IMG/VR virus record: IMGVR_UViG_3300013307_000004 | Coordinates: 3,781-67,780 of that record | Direction: 5' to 3' (one strand) | DNA length: 64,000 nucleotides | From: a virus | Part shown: positions 40,089-51,223 of the stretch, one piece after another | Layout of the letters: each line of letters opens with the position of its first letter | Numbering within the stretch: position 1 is the first letter of the stretch | The notes under the pieces: generated by a model | Seen by the model: the letters and a program-made list of their open reading frames with translations, nothing else | What the model was told of the DNA's origin: nothing | The model's database searches: none | Made by a program: the position numbers and the translations under genes

Positions 40089-43000
40089 GAGTTTTTCATG
40101 ACAAAAGAACTCTTCGAGTTTATACTCGAGAATGCTGAAAAGGAGAATTAATGAAAAAGGACCTTGTCAAGGAAATTTTGAAGGAAGCCTCAAAAATCGA
40201 TGCTCAGATCATGAGACTTCGAATGAGATCCAACTCATTCAAAAGAGCGGCTAACATGATTCTAGGAAAGAAGCACCTAGGAAGGCCGGTGAAGGAGAAA
40301 TGAGTGCTCTTAAGATTTCAGTTATTAACTCAAAAGCAGTAAAACTTTTGGCGGAGTTTGGCTGGGAACCTGAAGAGCACTTCGGAGAAAAAGTGAATCG
40401 TTTCGTAAACAAGAAATATCCAAGTGAAACGATTGAAGTGTTTCCCTCAGGAAGTGGACGCCCCATTTACTTCAGGCACACTTTTGAAGGAAATAAGATG
40501 TCTGGACTCAAGCATCGTCTTCTTGATATGAATCAAAGAGAGGACATAGGCTTATAACCGGTAGACGGAGTTGTCTACACAGGAGAGCGTAGGATGGCAA
40601 CTGCAACAGGTAAAGCAGCACGTCGTAGATTAGGTAATAGATACGCGTGCAAAGTTCACAACAAACGAAACAACCCTTTGAAACGGGCACGATGGGCTCA
40701 GCTGGAAAAAGAGCGTCTTCGTAAAGAAAAAAGATCAGGAGGTGAGTAATGCCCTCTACTAAAGCAGAAGAAATCGCGAATGCACATGATGCGTGTATCA
40801 ATGTACTAGGTCAGAGAGTATTTGATGCTATGATCGTAGCTCATTTTCCTCTTCCGAGAATAGCTAGAATAGCTGCCCATCAACTATTCATGAAGATGAC
40901 TCCCTCCTCAACAATGGACTACATGGGAATTTGGCGCTATCTCAAAGAGCTAGGAGACTGATATGATTCTAACTCAAGAAGTAGACTTCAATTCCGTGCC
41001 AGAAGACCTTCAAGAAGAGTGTCAGTCGTGTGCCGGCAAAAAAGTCATCGATGACGGATTCGGCGGACAAAGCGAGTGCACTGAATGTGATGGACGTGGT
41101 TGGACACTCTGTTCTGTTCAGGATCTGTTGAATGAAATCACCACTCTACGCGTTATTAAAGATCCGCCTAAGAAGTATCATGGGTGGATTGCAGTAGAAC
41201 CAGATAAAGATGGAGATAAGAGGTATAGAGCTCGCTTCGAAACTAAAGAAGGTCCAATTCATGAACTTTCTTATAGGATGCCGGATGTTCTAGTTTGGCT
41301 AGAAAAACAGATCGGCAGCTCTTTTGAAATTGAAGAAAATCTTGGAGCTTTAGGAGCTTTCAAGGTGTTCACCTGGGAGGAAACAAGTGGCTAACATGAG
41401 GCAAGTCATCTACAAAGATCTATTCGAGAAAGCAATGGAGTCAGTAAGGGAAAAAGCTTTTAAGAATGGAGCGTGGGTTGGAGGAACTCGTAAAAGAGCA
41501 AGAACTTTAGCCCGCAAAATCGCAAGAGAAAACCTGAGGGAAGAACTTCACCAATAGCAAAGGGGAAACGTGCCGGTAACAATCGCAAGGAGAACTGATG
41601 ACGTAATCTACGCTGATATAACGATCGAGAAAGACAGGGCCTTACACCTAGGCTTTCAAGACCAAACAGCCGCTCAACACTGGGCGTCTAAGATCGCTCG
41701 AAAGATTCAGAATCATCAACGTCACTTGGTAGACATCACTGGTATTCCTCATGCTTTCGTGATGCCTGAGAAGTGCTTCACGGAGGATGCGTGAGTGTCT
41801 GCAAAGATTTCTAACTGTAAACATTGCGGTCGGGAGATAGTTCACTCTCCCGACCTATCTAAGCAAACTAAAACGGAATTCTACTATCATAGACCTGCTG
41901 GAAACGTGTACTGCAGAAATGATCTGGGAATGATGCTGTCAACGAGGGCTGAACCTAGTGATACCATCGAGGAGCAGTAGATGCGAGTGCTGTAAGCAGA
42001 AAAGTCCAAAAGTCGTTTTTGATACGGCTCTGACGCAGCACACATCTTTCGGGATAAGAGGAAGCTGGCACTTACTCTGTATTGGGTGTCACAAAGTACT
42101 TGGAAGCGGCTTTGAACATGACAAAACAACGATGTACGTTTTAATCAATGGGAAGTACATCGAACAGAAAGGGATTCACTTAATGACATCAGAAGAGATC
42201 CAACAGACTATCGATATGTTCACTCAGCAGACAAAGGATCCGATAGTCAAAGCAAAAATTGTGTTTCATGGTGAGATTGCCTTGCAGTTAGCGATTCTGA
42301 ACAAGAATATAGAAGAAACAAACGCTCTTGAACGCCGTAAGCAAATGGTTCTTCTATCAGACAGAGCAGGCGATGAACAACAAGTGACTGGAGGTTGAGA
42401 TGAGCTGTACTGCTTTAGTTCTGTATGAACGCTGGGCAGTCGAAGATCCGGTGTTGGACTGTGCTATACGGATTATTGACACAAACAATTATCGGTATAT
42501 AACTGAGCCTAATCCAGATGGAGTTGACACGTCAGAACTTCAGTATCCAGAAGCTTTTGCATGGCCTCCAGATCCATGGTCGACATACATGAGTCTATCT
42601 AGATCAGAAGACTTTGTTAAGTCTCTAGGCAGAGTAGGATATATCTGGGTGGACGAAGCACTGAAAGAAGCAGCAGACATACTCCATCACTTAGGCATGA
42701 TGGTCTATCACGAGTACATGATAGAAAGGATACTTGAGAAACTTGATAGGAGAGCGCAGAGAATTTAACATTTGTGATTCTTTTGGCGTCCCTCTTAATG
42801 TAGAACCTGTCTACACTATCTGGCATGCCTTAGCTTGGAAGCATTTTTACGAACTACGCGGTTATGACGGTGAACTTTCAATCTCATCAAGGTGGATAGG
42901 AAACTATGACAGTGAAGCGAACGAACGAGACACCTGGTACAGGATCTTCTTTCTCTTTAGATACTGTGAAGAAGAGGCTGAAGAAATTCCAGTGGAACCA

Positions 43001-43380
43001 GAACCTGAAATCGAAGAAGTTTTGGAATGCGATTTCTGATGCTATATCTAGAGACCCACAGCTTATTCAACATATAATGTTCCCAGAGGCACGTGTGTTA
43101 GAGCTTTTTGAAGATACGAGGTATCAAAGAGAGTGGATAAACGCTCACTCTGAAGATTTCAGAAACTTGTGTGCAGTTTATAGCGTACCACGAAGCACTT
43201 ATGAATTTCCATGGGGCGCAAAGATCTACCTAATCATAGACTATCCGGATTCATATCAGAAACTGTGTGGACTTAACCTATCTAGGTGGGAAGCCCACGG
43301 TATAGTAGATTACGGGTTAAAAGAACGGGCTATGCTGATGACTAGAATAAAACTAGCAGAAACAAAGTTATAAAAAGTAT

Positions 43381-43410
43381 TTTACAACCGAATACAAGTT
43401 GTTATATAAT
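43381..43410 (+). promoter_or_regulatory. Early/middle promoter, same family, upstream of Cro-like gene
   Basis: TTTACA-ACCGAATACAAGTTGTTA-TATAAT. Confidence 0.8.
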
Positions 43411-43470
43411 AATACTATAGAGATTGGCATAGACAAACACTTCAACCGTTTTTTTAGGAGAGCTTTACTA

Positions 43471-43674
43471 ATGTCACACGTAAATAAGATCACTGATTTG
43501 ATGAAACAGAAAGGAATTTCTGACGATCAGATTTGTGAGATCACTGGTCTTACTAAGATGACGTTGTGGAATGCTAAACAAGGGAAGAATGTTACGTTGG
43601 AGACGATGAAAGCAATTTCAGTAGCACTCGGAGAATCGATCGTAGTAATCTGGCCTGAGGAGATAGCCGCGTAA
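43471..43674 (+). CDS. Cro/C1-type HTH regulator
   Basis: KGISDDQICEITGLTKMTLWNAKQGKNVTLETMKAISVALG. Confidence 0.85.
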   Translation: MSHVNKITDLMKQKGISDDQICEITGLTKMTLWNAKQGKNVTLETMKAISVALGESIVVIWPEEIAA

Positions 43675-43675
43675 A

Positions 43676-44194
43676 ATGCAAACGTTTCTTCCTGTTGTAT
43701 CATTCGTGAAGTCGATGGAGTTTCTAGATTCCAAAAGACTCAGAAAACAACGGGTAGAGGCAGGTCAAATTCTAGAGATCTTGGAGAATAAACCGTTTCT
43801 CCCTTCTAATCTTCAGACTATCGTTCCTTTTGATAGAACATTTTCTCATTGGCATCGCCATCCAGCCGTTCAGATGTGGTCGGGTCATGAAGAATGGCTC
43901 AAATTATATCTCGCGTGCGCGATAGGCGAGTGGTGTTCCAGAGGTTATCTTAACAATATTCCAGTCCCTTCGTATGATACAGAATCTCAAGAGCCTCCTG
44001 CTTGGCTCGGATGTGAAGACTTCCACTATTCGCATCGCTGTAATTTAGTAAGAAAATTTCCGCAACATTATGGTCAGTTCTGGAAAGATGAGAATATAAA
44101 CTTATCTGCTCCATATTTCTGGCCTACTCTGAACGGATTCATCAACAAATTAGAGGAGAAAAATGGCAACGACGGCGACACTCATTCGAGTTGA
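43676..44194 (+). CDS. Pyrimidine-dimer DNA glycosylase-like protein (T4 endonuclease V-related, MSMEG_6728-like)
   Basis: MQTFLP, LDSKRLRKQRVEA, WHRHPAVQMW, HYSHRCNLVRK and YFWP motifs. Confidence 0.85.
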   Translation: MQTFLPVVSFVKSMEFLDSKRLRKQRVEAGQILEILENKPFLPSNLQTIVPFDRTFSHWHRHPAVQMWSGHEEWLKLYLACAIGEWCSRGYLNNIPVPSYDTESQEPPAWLGCEDFHYSHRCNLVRKFPQHYGQFWKDENINLSAPYFWPTLNGFINKLEEKNGNDGDTHSS

Positions 44195-44607
44195 CGCCAG
44201 TCCTTTAGATGTTGCTCATGGCTTACCAGAAGGTTTGGTGCCGGAGTATGAGGAAGGCCTGGGGTTCGAAGACAAACTTATGGTTGTTCCTATAGAACCT
44301 GATTGTAGGTTTCTATTGGTTCGAATAAGTTATGATGGGGAATCAGAGCTTCTTGCAGAAATCCAGGAGAATCCCTTTAAATTCTCTGAGGAGAAATGCA
44401 AGATAATTCTTCGTGGAAGGTTTTCTGGTCCTGAAGATCCGGACGAAGACGACGAAGAATAGTAGGAGGTTCAATTTGGAAAATGGCCATTTTGAACAGT
44501 ACGTCAAACAGGCGTTAGCAATCATTAGCTTACAGCTAGTTACGCTAAAGCATGACAGTAAACAGAATAAACAACTTCTATGTGATCTCCAAAGGAGTTT
44601 TTCAGAA

Positions 44608-45009
44608 ATGGCTACGACTATTCAAGAAGCATTGCAGGATCTCGCTGCGAAGGTCAGCGAAAACACTGATGTTGTGAATGAAGAAGTTCAAACGTCAGCA
44701 GATGCAACCGCAGATATCTTGGCTGGAATTCAGGCTTTGAAAGATGCGCAGGGTGATCCGGCTGCAACACAGGCTGCTATTGACGCGATCGAAGCGGCGG
44801 CCGGCACAGTTGGACAATCAACTCAAAATATCAAGAATGCTCAGGCTCCTCTCCAAGCAGCGGCTGATGCTCTTAAGGGTCAGCTTACTCCAGCTTCTGG
44901 TGGAACCACGGGTGGTACGACGGGCGGTACTGATACTGGTTCTGGCGGAACAAGTGATGGTACGCTCGGTGGTACGACATCTGCTCCGGCTCCCACGCCT
45001 GAGGTCTAA
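44608..45009 (+). CDS. Helical/coiled-coil protein with Gly/Thr-rich tail
   Basis: AAGGAG RBS before MATTIQE; Ala-rich heptads; GGTT repeats. Confidence 0.6.
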   Translation: MATTIQEALQDLAAKVSENTDVVNEEVQTSADATADILAGIQALKDAQGDPAATQAAIDAIEAAAGTVGQSTQNIKNAQAPLQAAADALKGQLTPASGGTTGGTTGGTDTGSGGTSDGTLGGTTSAPAPTPEV

Positions 45010-45245
45010 TTACTCGATGAGAGTCGAGTGATACCGTAATGTTAAGACCGGAAGGTACGGCGTGAAGAAAGTATAAGCTTCATGGAGCCAAGCCGGTCAG
45101 ATAACTTATTCACGGCTGTCTCAGTCTGAGAGCAAATGATGGGCCATAAGACTGAATGTAGGGCGCCTACTCAAGCGGTAAGGAAAGATACTCCTTGATC
45201 GTGTGTACTATGCCGAGTAGGTAGTAAACAGCCGTGAATAAGTTA
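45009..45245 (+). ncRNA. Candidate structured ncRNA upstream of helicase
   Basis: Perfect 18-bp closing stem 45102-45119/45228-45245 enclosing two internal stems; two further hairpins upstream. Confidence 0.6.
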
Positions 45246-45273
45246 CCTAACATTTAAAGGGGAACAGGTCTGT

Positions 45274-46782
45274 ATGCAAGACGTGCGGTCATTTGACTGG
45301 TCGAGATGTCGCTATGTACCATTCGAGCACCAGTTTGAAGGTGTCGACAAACTCTACAATAATGCTGTTTTCGGTCTTTTAGATGAAATGGGAGCAGGAA
45401 AGACAAAGCAGATTATTGATACTGCATGCTTTTTATATGAGCATAAGGAGATAGATTGTGTTCTTATCATTTGTCCGGCTCAAGTTAAGGATGTCTGGAT
45501 CCACCCTCAGTTTTCTCAGATTATTGAGCATAGTTTCGTTCCTGGCATCATTCATGAGTTTACTTCTCGCAGTATTCGTTTTCCGGAACAATCCAGAGGT
45601 CTTCTATGGGTTGTCACGAGCGTCGAGCTTCTTCGTAATGTTAGCCATGTTAGAACGCTTATAAATCTTCTTGCTGGAAGGAAATTCTGGGCAGTAGTAG
45701 ATGAATCTTCTACAATTGCTAATCACAAAGCAGCGCAGACTAAGGGCGTTTTAATGATCCGCCCTAAAGCGTGTCGTCGTACCATTATGAATGGAACCCC
45801 TGTGGGAAATTCTATTCTAGGGCTTTATTCTCAGTTTGCTTTTCTAGATCCTGCTATTCTTAATTTCAAGAATTTCTTTGCGTTCCGTAATCACCATGCT
45901 CGAATGGGTGGCTACATGAATAAGCAGATTGTAGGCTTCTATTATATAGAAGAGATACAAGAAAAGATAAAGCCATGGGTACTTCGTAGACTAAAGTCTC
46001 AGTGTCTAGATATTCTTCCTAAAATGAAAGCGCCACTTCGTGCTGTTAAACTATCCCAGAGAACATGGGATATTTACTGCTCGATGAGGGACGAATTTGT
46101 CGCTTACCTTAATAATACAGATGAAGTATCTGTAGTAACTACTGCGCCAGTCAAATCTCTAAGACTGGCGCAGATTTGTTCCGGTTTTCTCGGTGGAGTA
46201 GAAGATGAAGAAGGGAATGAGCCTCAAGTCGTGGAGATCGGATCTGAACTCACAGATTCATTCTTGGATTATCTTGAATTCAGAATCGAGTCCGACCCCG
46301 ATTTCAAGCTTATCACTTGGTGTAGATTCAGACCAGAGATTGCTCGTCTTGAAAAACGAGCAAAGGAGCGGTTTAAAGGGCTTACGGTTCGTGTGCTACA
46401 AGGAGGACAATCTAAAACTGTTAGGTCGGAGGCTATTTCTCTCTTCCACCCAGATTCACCAGATATTAAAGGTCCTGCCTTCCTTATCGGTCAGCCTCAG
46501 GCGGGACGATTTGGTCATAACTTCACTAAGTGTTCCAACGTCGATTATCTATCCAACGATCATTCTCTGCTCACCAGATCCCAGAGCGAGGATCGCGTAC
46601 ACAGACCTGGACAGAGATTCCAAGCACTATTCCAGGACTACGTTGTTGTGGGACCAAATGGAGAGAGGACAGCAAGTGGTATGATTTTGAAAGCCCTACG
46701 AAACCACGAAAAAATGGCTGAGTGGACAACATCTCGTTGGGTATCTGAGATAATGCAGGAGGAAAATGATGTCCCATTCTGA
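45274..46782 (+). CDS. SNF2-like superfamily 2 helicase
   Basis: DEMGAGKT, VVDESS, MNGTP and SQSEDRVHRPGQ motifs. Confidence 0.9.
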   Translation: MQDVRSFDWSRCRYVPFEHQFEGVDKLYNNAVFGLLDEMGAGKTKQIIDTACFLYEHKEIDCVLIICPAQVKDVWIHPQFSQIIEHSFVPGIIHEFTSRSIRFPEQSRGLLWVVTSVELLRNVSHVRTLINLLAGRKFWAVVDESSTIANHKAAQTKGVLMIRPKACRRTIMNGTPVGNSILGLYSQFAFLDPAILNFKNFFAFRNHHARMGGYMNKQIVGFYYIEEIQEKIKPWVLRRLKSQCLDILPKMKAPLRAVKLSQRTWDIYCSMRDEFVAYLNNTDEVSVVTTAPVKSLRLAQICSGFLGGVEDEEGNEPQVVEIGSELTDSFLDYLEFRIESDPDFKLITWCRFRPEIARLEKRAKERFKGLTVRVLQGGQSKTVRSEAISLFHPDSPDIKGPAFLIGQPQAGRFGHNFTKCSNVDYLSNDHSLLTRSQSEDRVHRPGQRFQALFQDYVVVGPNGERTASGMILKALRNHEKMAEWTTSRWVSEIMQEENDVPF

Positions 46783-47407
46783 CGATCAAATGCTTGACAT
46801 CTTTATTCACAATGCTGAAGAAAAGCTTAGGCTTCTTCAGGAATTGAAGAAACGAAGGATGTTAGAAAGACAACCAGTAACACACAGATCGGTAACATAC
46901 ACTCCAGTTTTAAAAGGAATCTACAAAGGGAAAATCGCCACTGTTGAATGTAATTGTGGAGAAATTGTTCGGTACAGAAAGCCAATCAACAGCATCGAAG
47001 ACTTTGTTTGTCCAAAAGACAAAGGATAGTTCATGGATCCAGATCAGACACTAATCGATGAGATCGAATCTTGGAGATCTCTTCACAAAATGCACAAAGG
47101 AGCTAAAGTTCCGTCGACTGTATCGGCACAATCGAAAAAGACTCTAGCCTTTCTTGAGGAACTCTTGGAACTAAGAAGGAGAATAAGGGTTCTGGTAGGT
47201 AAACTGGAAAAGGAAAAGGGAGTAGCAGTATGATTCTGTGCCAAAAGATAGTACCTACCGTCGTAAATTCTAACGGTAGAATGGTGGGAAACACTTACTG
47301 CATGCAACAAGCTGGTCATGCAGGAGAGTGTGATAAGGTAACGATCAAAGAACTTTCACCAGGAAGTAATTTTGTTCCAGGAATTTTCGAGCTAGGAAAG
47401 GAGTCAA

Positions 47408-47923
47408 ATGGGAAAGTACTCTCACCTGAAAGATCAACTGACGCGCTTTTCGGGTGAACCTGAATATCAGCAGCGTGTCAGTGCAGAGAAAGAAAAGATC
47501 AAACAGGATCTGTTAAGTCAGGGACTTCCACCAAATGCTGTAAATTTTGGAAAAGTTCTGGTATCGGCTAGAGTTCGGAAAGCTCAACTTGAAGCAGAGG
47601 TGAAGAAAGAAAACCTCACCATCGAAGCAATGAATCAGCTTCTTGTTGAATTTCTTGAGGATGAATCTCTCAGTTCTGTTAAACTTGATGCTGGAGTTTC
47701 TCTTACCATCAAGGATGACGTTTACTGCTCAGTAGCTGATAAGGAATCTTTCTATAAGTGGATCCATGACAACGATCTTGAAGATCTGTTTACTGTGAAC
47801 TATCAGACCATGAGTTCTATGGTGAAACAGAAACTCAGCAACAATGAGGAAGTTCCTCCGGGAATCAACACGTTTTTCAAACAGAGTATCACAGTGAGAG
47901 GAGCAAGTAATCTAGATGAGTAA
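47408..47923 (+). CDS. Phage replication-module coiled-coil protein
   Basis: DKESFYKWI...DLF...QTMSSMVK...VPPGINTF motif; synteny with SSB and primase. Confidence 0.55.
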   Translation: MGKYSHLKDQLTRFSGEPEYQQRVSAEKEKIKQDLLSQGLPPNAVNFGKVLVSARVRKAQLEAEVKKENLTIEAMNQLLVEFLEDESLSSVKLDAGVSLTIKDDVYCSVADKESFYKWIHDNDLEDLFTVNYQTMSSMVKQKLSNNEEVPPGINTFFKQSITVRGASNLDE

Positions 47924-48740
47924 CATGAAAAAGGGTGAAATCGTTTCAGCAGGAAATTCGGCTCTCGCCAATTCAGAAGTCCCTGAGTGGTTGAGAAGTG
48001 AGGTTGGAAATCAGAAGGGCATGGAGGATGTAGACCAGTCTGATATAGTTCTACCTCGGTTAGGATTGTGTCAAGCACTTTCCCCTCAGAAAAGAAAGAG
48101 TGACAAGGCCTACATCGAAAATCTTCAGGAAGGTGAGCTGTTTAACAGCGTAACTCAGGAGATTTACGGTACTTCACTGGAGATCATCCCCCTATTCTTC
48201 TTTAAGAATAGGATCAAGTACTTCCCAATTGAAGACGGTGGCGGCATCGAGTGCATGTCAGCGAACGGTATTGATGGCGGAAGTCTCAATCCTATGGGAT
48301 GTGCTTCCTGCCGATTCAGTGCCTGGGGAAATGGATCCACAAAGGAAGAGGATATGTCGAATCCTCCCCTATGCACATACTACCACAACTTGATGTGTTT
48401 CACTTTGACCGACAATCCTATGCCAATAGCAATGAGCTACAAAGCAACGGGATTGAAGCTATCAAAACAGTTTCTGGCCAACGTCAGACTCAGCCGGCTT
48501 CCGATGTACGCGAAAAAGTACAAAATCAGTGTTGTTACTGTTCGTGATGGAAGTAATGAGTGGTTTGAGAAGAAACTCGTTCCCAGTGGATTTCCTGATG
48601 AAAGTCTCTACAGACAGATGGAAGAGCATTTCAAGGCCCTTCGCGAGATGAACATCAAGGTTGACACGACTGGTGAAGCAGCTGATGTAGATTTCCCTAC
48701 TGACGATGAAAGAGTTCCAGCAGGTCACACAGAACTCTAG
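47916..48740 (+). CDS. Probable ssDNA-binding/annealing protein
   Basis: DIVLPRLGLCQALSPQ...GELFNSVT motif, acidic C-terminus, position before primase. Confidence 0.55.
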   Translation: MSNMKKGEIVSAGNSALANSEVPEWLRSEVGNQKGMEDVDQSDIVLPRLGLCQALSPQKRKSDKAYIENLQEGELFNSVTQEIYGTSLEIIPLFFFKNRIKYFPIEDGGGIECMSANGIDGGSLNPMGCASCRFSAWGNGSTKEEDMSNPPLCTYYHNLMCFTLTDNPMPIAMSYKATGLKLSKQFLANVRLSRLPMYAKKYKISVVTVRDGSNEWFEKKLVPSGFPDESLYRQMEEHFKALREMNIKVDTTGEAADVDFPTDDERVPAGHTEL

Positions 48741-48806
48741 CAGCAGTTAGACCGGTTGTTATGAGCAGCCGGTCTACCTCTTAAAATTCGTTCAAGGGAA
48801 GCTGCC

Positions 48807-50297
48807 ATGCTAGATAAATTCTCGAGTTTATTTCGTGGTTCTGCGCTAGCACATGGCACTTTTGATAGAACCACAGGAACCATGCATACCATTCTAACCC
48901 CAGCTTCTGAGGAGGACTACCGAAAGCATCTAGCTGGGGACCTTGGTTTAGGTATAGTACCTGTTGATTCAGAAGGAAAATGCTATTGGGGCGCAATCGA
49001 CATCGACATAGACACGATTGATCACAAAGATCTTTACTCTCGTGTCTCAGCAAGAAATCTTCCACTAATGGTATGTCGTTCCAAAAGTGGTGGAGCTCAT
49101 CTGTACGTATTCTTCAAAGAACAGCAACCGAGTTCTATGGTCCAACAGTTACTTAAGAAGTGGGCTGGACTATTAGGATTCCCAAACAAAACGGAGATAT
49201 TTCCAAAGCAACTAAAGAGTACTCATCAGAATGTCGGTAATTGGCTCAATCTCCCGTATTTCAATGCGCAAAACACAGTGCGCTATGCCGTGTGCGAAAC
49301 CGGCTCTATTGAAATTGAAGAGTTTCTTGCCAGAGTCCAGTACTACACAGGAAAAGAGAATATCGATGCAACACAAAACAGTGGACTCATTCAGATTGAC
49401 CAAATGCCGCCGTGCTTACAGACTCTTACAGAAGAAGGACTTCCCCAGGGGGCCAGAAATGTCGGACTTTTTAGTTACGGAGTGTTCTACCGGAAGTCTA
49501 GTCCCAATGGATGGGAGGACAAGCTTCGGTATCATAATCAGAATTATGTTTCGCCTTCTCTGGGGTCTCGTGAAGTCGAGGCACTTATTAAGTCGCTTAG
49601 TGCGAGACAGTACCAGTACAAGTGCGATGAAGAGCCACTTTGCTCTCATTGTGATAGGAAGTCATGTCTCCAGTTGCCATATGGAGTTGGACACAAACCG
49701 TGGGAAGATGAGAGTAACTTCGATGAAATTACGGTAGGTAGTCTTCGAAAGATTCTCAGCGATCCACCAACATACATCTTGGAGGTAAATGGAAGAGACT
49801 TATCACTTTCATCTGATGAATTTCGAGTGTTCGAGAAATTAAGACGAAGAATATTCGAAGTCATGGATCTAGTGATACGGCCAATTAAGCAACCTCAATG
49901 GGAACAGAAGGTAAAAGGTCTATTATCTCAGAAAACTGATATTGAGGCTCCAGAGGATGCATCTCAGTATGGTTCAGTGATCAATAGAATCGATGACTTT
50001 CTGGCTCTTAGTGATAGGTCTAAGGGTAGAGATGATTTACTCCGAGGATTGCCTATTATTGAGAAAGAACTTATTCTCTTTCAGGTTGATTACCTTCAGA
50101 AGTATCTGCAAGGTCAGAAAACGATCATCAGTAATCATGAACTATTCTCAATCTTGCATCGAAGAAATTGCGCTTATGCTCTGATCAAAATTAAGGGTAA
50201 GGTTATTAGGGCATGGTCAATTCCTTCTATTCAAGTTAACCGTCAGACCGAAGATTATTCAGAAGCAGAATTTGAAAAGGAAGAACCAGAGATATGA
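48807..50297 (+). CDS. AEP-family primase with primase C-terminal domain
   Basis: WGAIDID, RSKSGGAHLY, EIFPKQ, GNWLNLPY and PPCLQ...GARN motifs. Confidence 0.85.
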   Translation: MLDKFSSLFRGSALAHGTFDRTTGTMHTILTPASEEDYRKHLAGDLGLGIVPVDSEGKCYWGAIDIDIDTIDHKDLYSRVSARNLPLMVCRSKSGGAHLYVFFKEQQPSSMVQQLLKKWAGLLGFPNKTEIFPKQLKSTHQNVGNWLNLPYFNAQNTVRYAVCETGSIEIEEFLARVQYYTGKENIDATQNSGLIQIDQMPPCLQTLTEEGLPQGARNVGLFSYGVFYRKSSPNGWEDKLRYHNQNYVSPSLGSREVEALIKSLSARQYQYKCDEEPLCSHCDRKSCLQLPYGVGHKPWEDESNFDEITVGSLRKILSDPPTYILEVNGRDLSLSSDEFRVFEKLRRRIFEVMDLVIRPIKQPQWEQKVKGLLSQKTDIEAPEDASQYGSVINRIDDFLALSDRSKGRDDLLRGLPIIEKELILFQVDYLQKYLQGQKTIISNHELFSILHRRNCAYALIKIKGKVIRAWSIPSIQVNRQTEDYSEAEFEKEEPEI

Positions 50298-50460
50298 TCA
50301 TCCTTACAAGACCGCAGATGAGTATTCTGAAAGTCAAACTTTCTTCAGAACATTTAACAAAACTGGAGAATTCGATTATCGTTACGGGGAAGCAAATCAT
50401 GTCAGATGATGAGATGCTTTCCCAAGACGTTATTGAGAAGATTGCAGTTGCTTTAAATGT

Positions 50461-50585
50461 AACCAGGGACAAATTGTTTTATCACCAGGGTCACACCAGG
50501 GAAATCCAGGGATAACCCAGGGTCATTTGTGCAAATTGCATATGATAATTCCATATTGATTTATTTGCACATAATGCCAGGAAAA
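50461..50585. repeat. Dispersed ~110-bp element, copy C
   Basis: CCAGGG at 50463, 50485, 50496, 50506 and 50517, followed by TTGTGCA (50527)...TGCACA (50566). Confidence 0.9.
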
Positions 50586-50872
50586 CGGAGGAAAAGTGGC
50601 AATTCACGTAGATATCAGCATTAAGTCACTCGATAATCTTCGTCGTGATGCTAGGGACAAGGGTGTAAGCGTAAGAGATCTTGCTTCTCAGTATCTCGAG
50701 TGGATGTTTTGTGGAGATAGATCTGTGTTTCAGTTTACTCCTGCTCTTGCACAGGAACTAATGCCCAAGTGTGAGTTACTCTTTGATGCTGCACTCGGTA
50801 AACCGCAGCTGTTAAATGAGCTTCATGATTTTGCAGTTAAACTACTAGCCGAGAGAAAGGAACAAGAGGAAA

Positions 50873-51223
50873 ATGAAAGAATCAAGGAACTCAAGAAAGA
50901 AGACGCAGGTGCCGGAGAGGCCAACGAAAGTAATGACGGAAGTTCCACTGGTCCCCAGCTCGTCAACTGACAGAAGAAGTTTTCTTAATCATGAAGAAGT
51001 AAATCATCCATCTCACTATGGAGGAGATACTCTTTATGAAACTATTAAAGTACTTGAGAATCGAATGACTCCTCAAGAGTTTATTGGATTCTTGAAAGGA
51101 AACGTTTACAAGTACAATGATCGCGCAAAGTCAAAAGGATCTGAACTTAATAACTATGAGAAAGCTCAATTCTATCAGAACTATCTCGTAGATTTCATGC
51201 GTCGAAAGGGAATGACGAAATGA
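50873..51223 (+). CDS. DUF3310-like protein
   Basis: VNHPSHY, GFLKGNVYKY..R...K and EKAQFY motifs. Confidence 0.8.
   Translation: MKESRNSRKKTQVPERPTKVMTEVPLVPSSSTDRRSFLNHEEVNHPSHYGGDTLYETIKVLENRMTPQEFIGFLKGNVYKYNDRAKSKGSELNNYEKAQFYQNYLVDFMRRKGMTK

Larger units (their letters stand above)
30376..43373 (+). other. Early/accessory region of roughly 40 small, tightly packed plus-strand hypothetical genes
   Basis: Consecutive short ORFs with GGAG RBSs and ATGA/TGATG overlaps, interrupted by repeated promoters. Confidence 0.8.

Noticed and set aside
8326-50585. Regular ~14-kb spacing of the dispersed elements
   Set aside because: The gaps are about 28.4 and 13.8 kb, but I found no copy near 22.5 kb, and three points cannot establish periodicity
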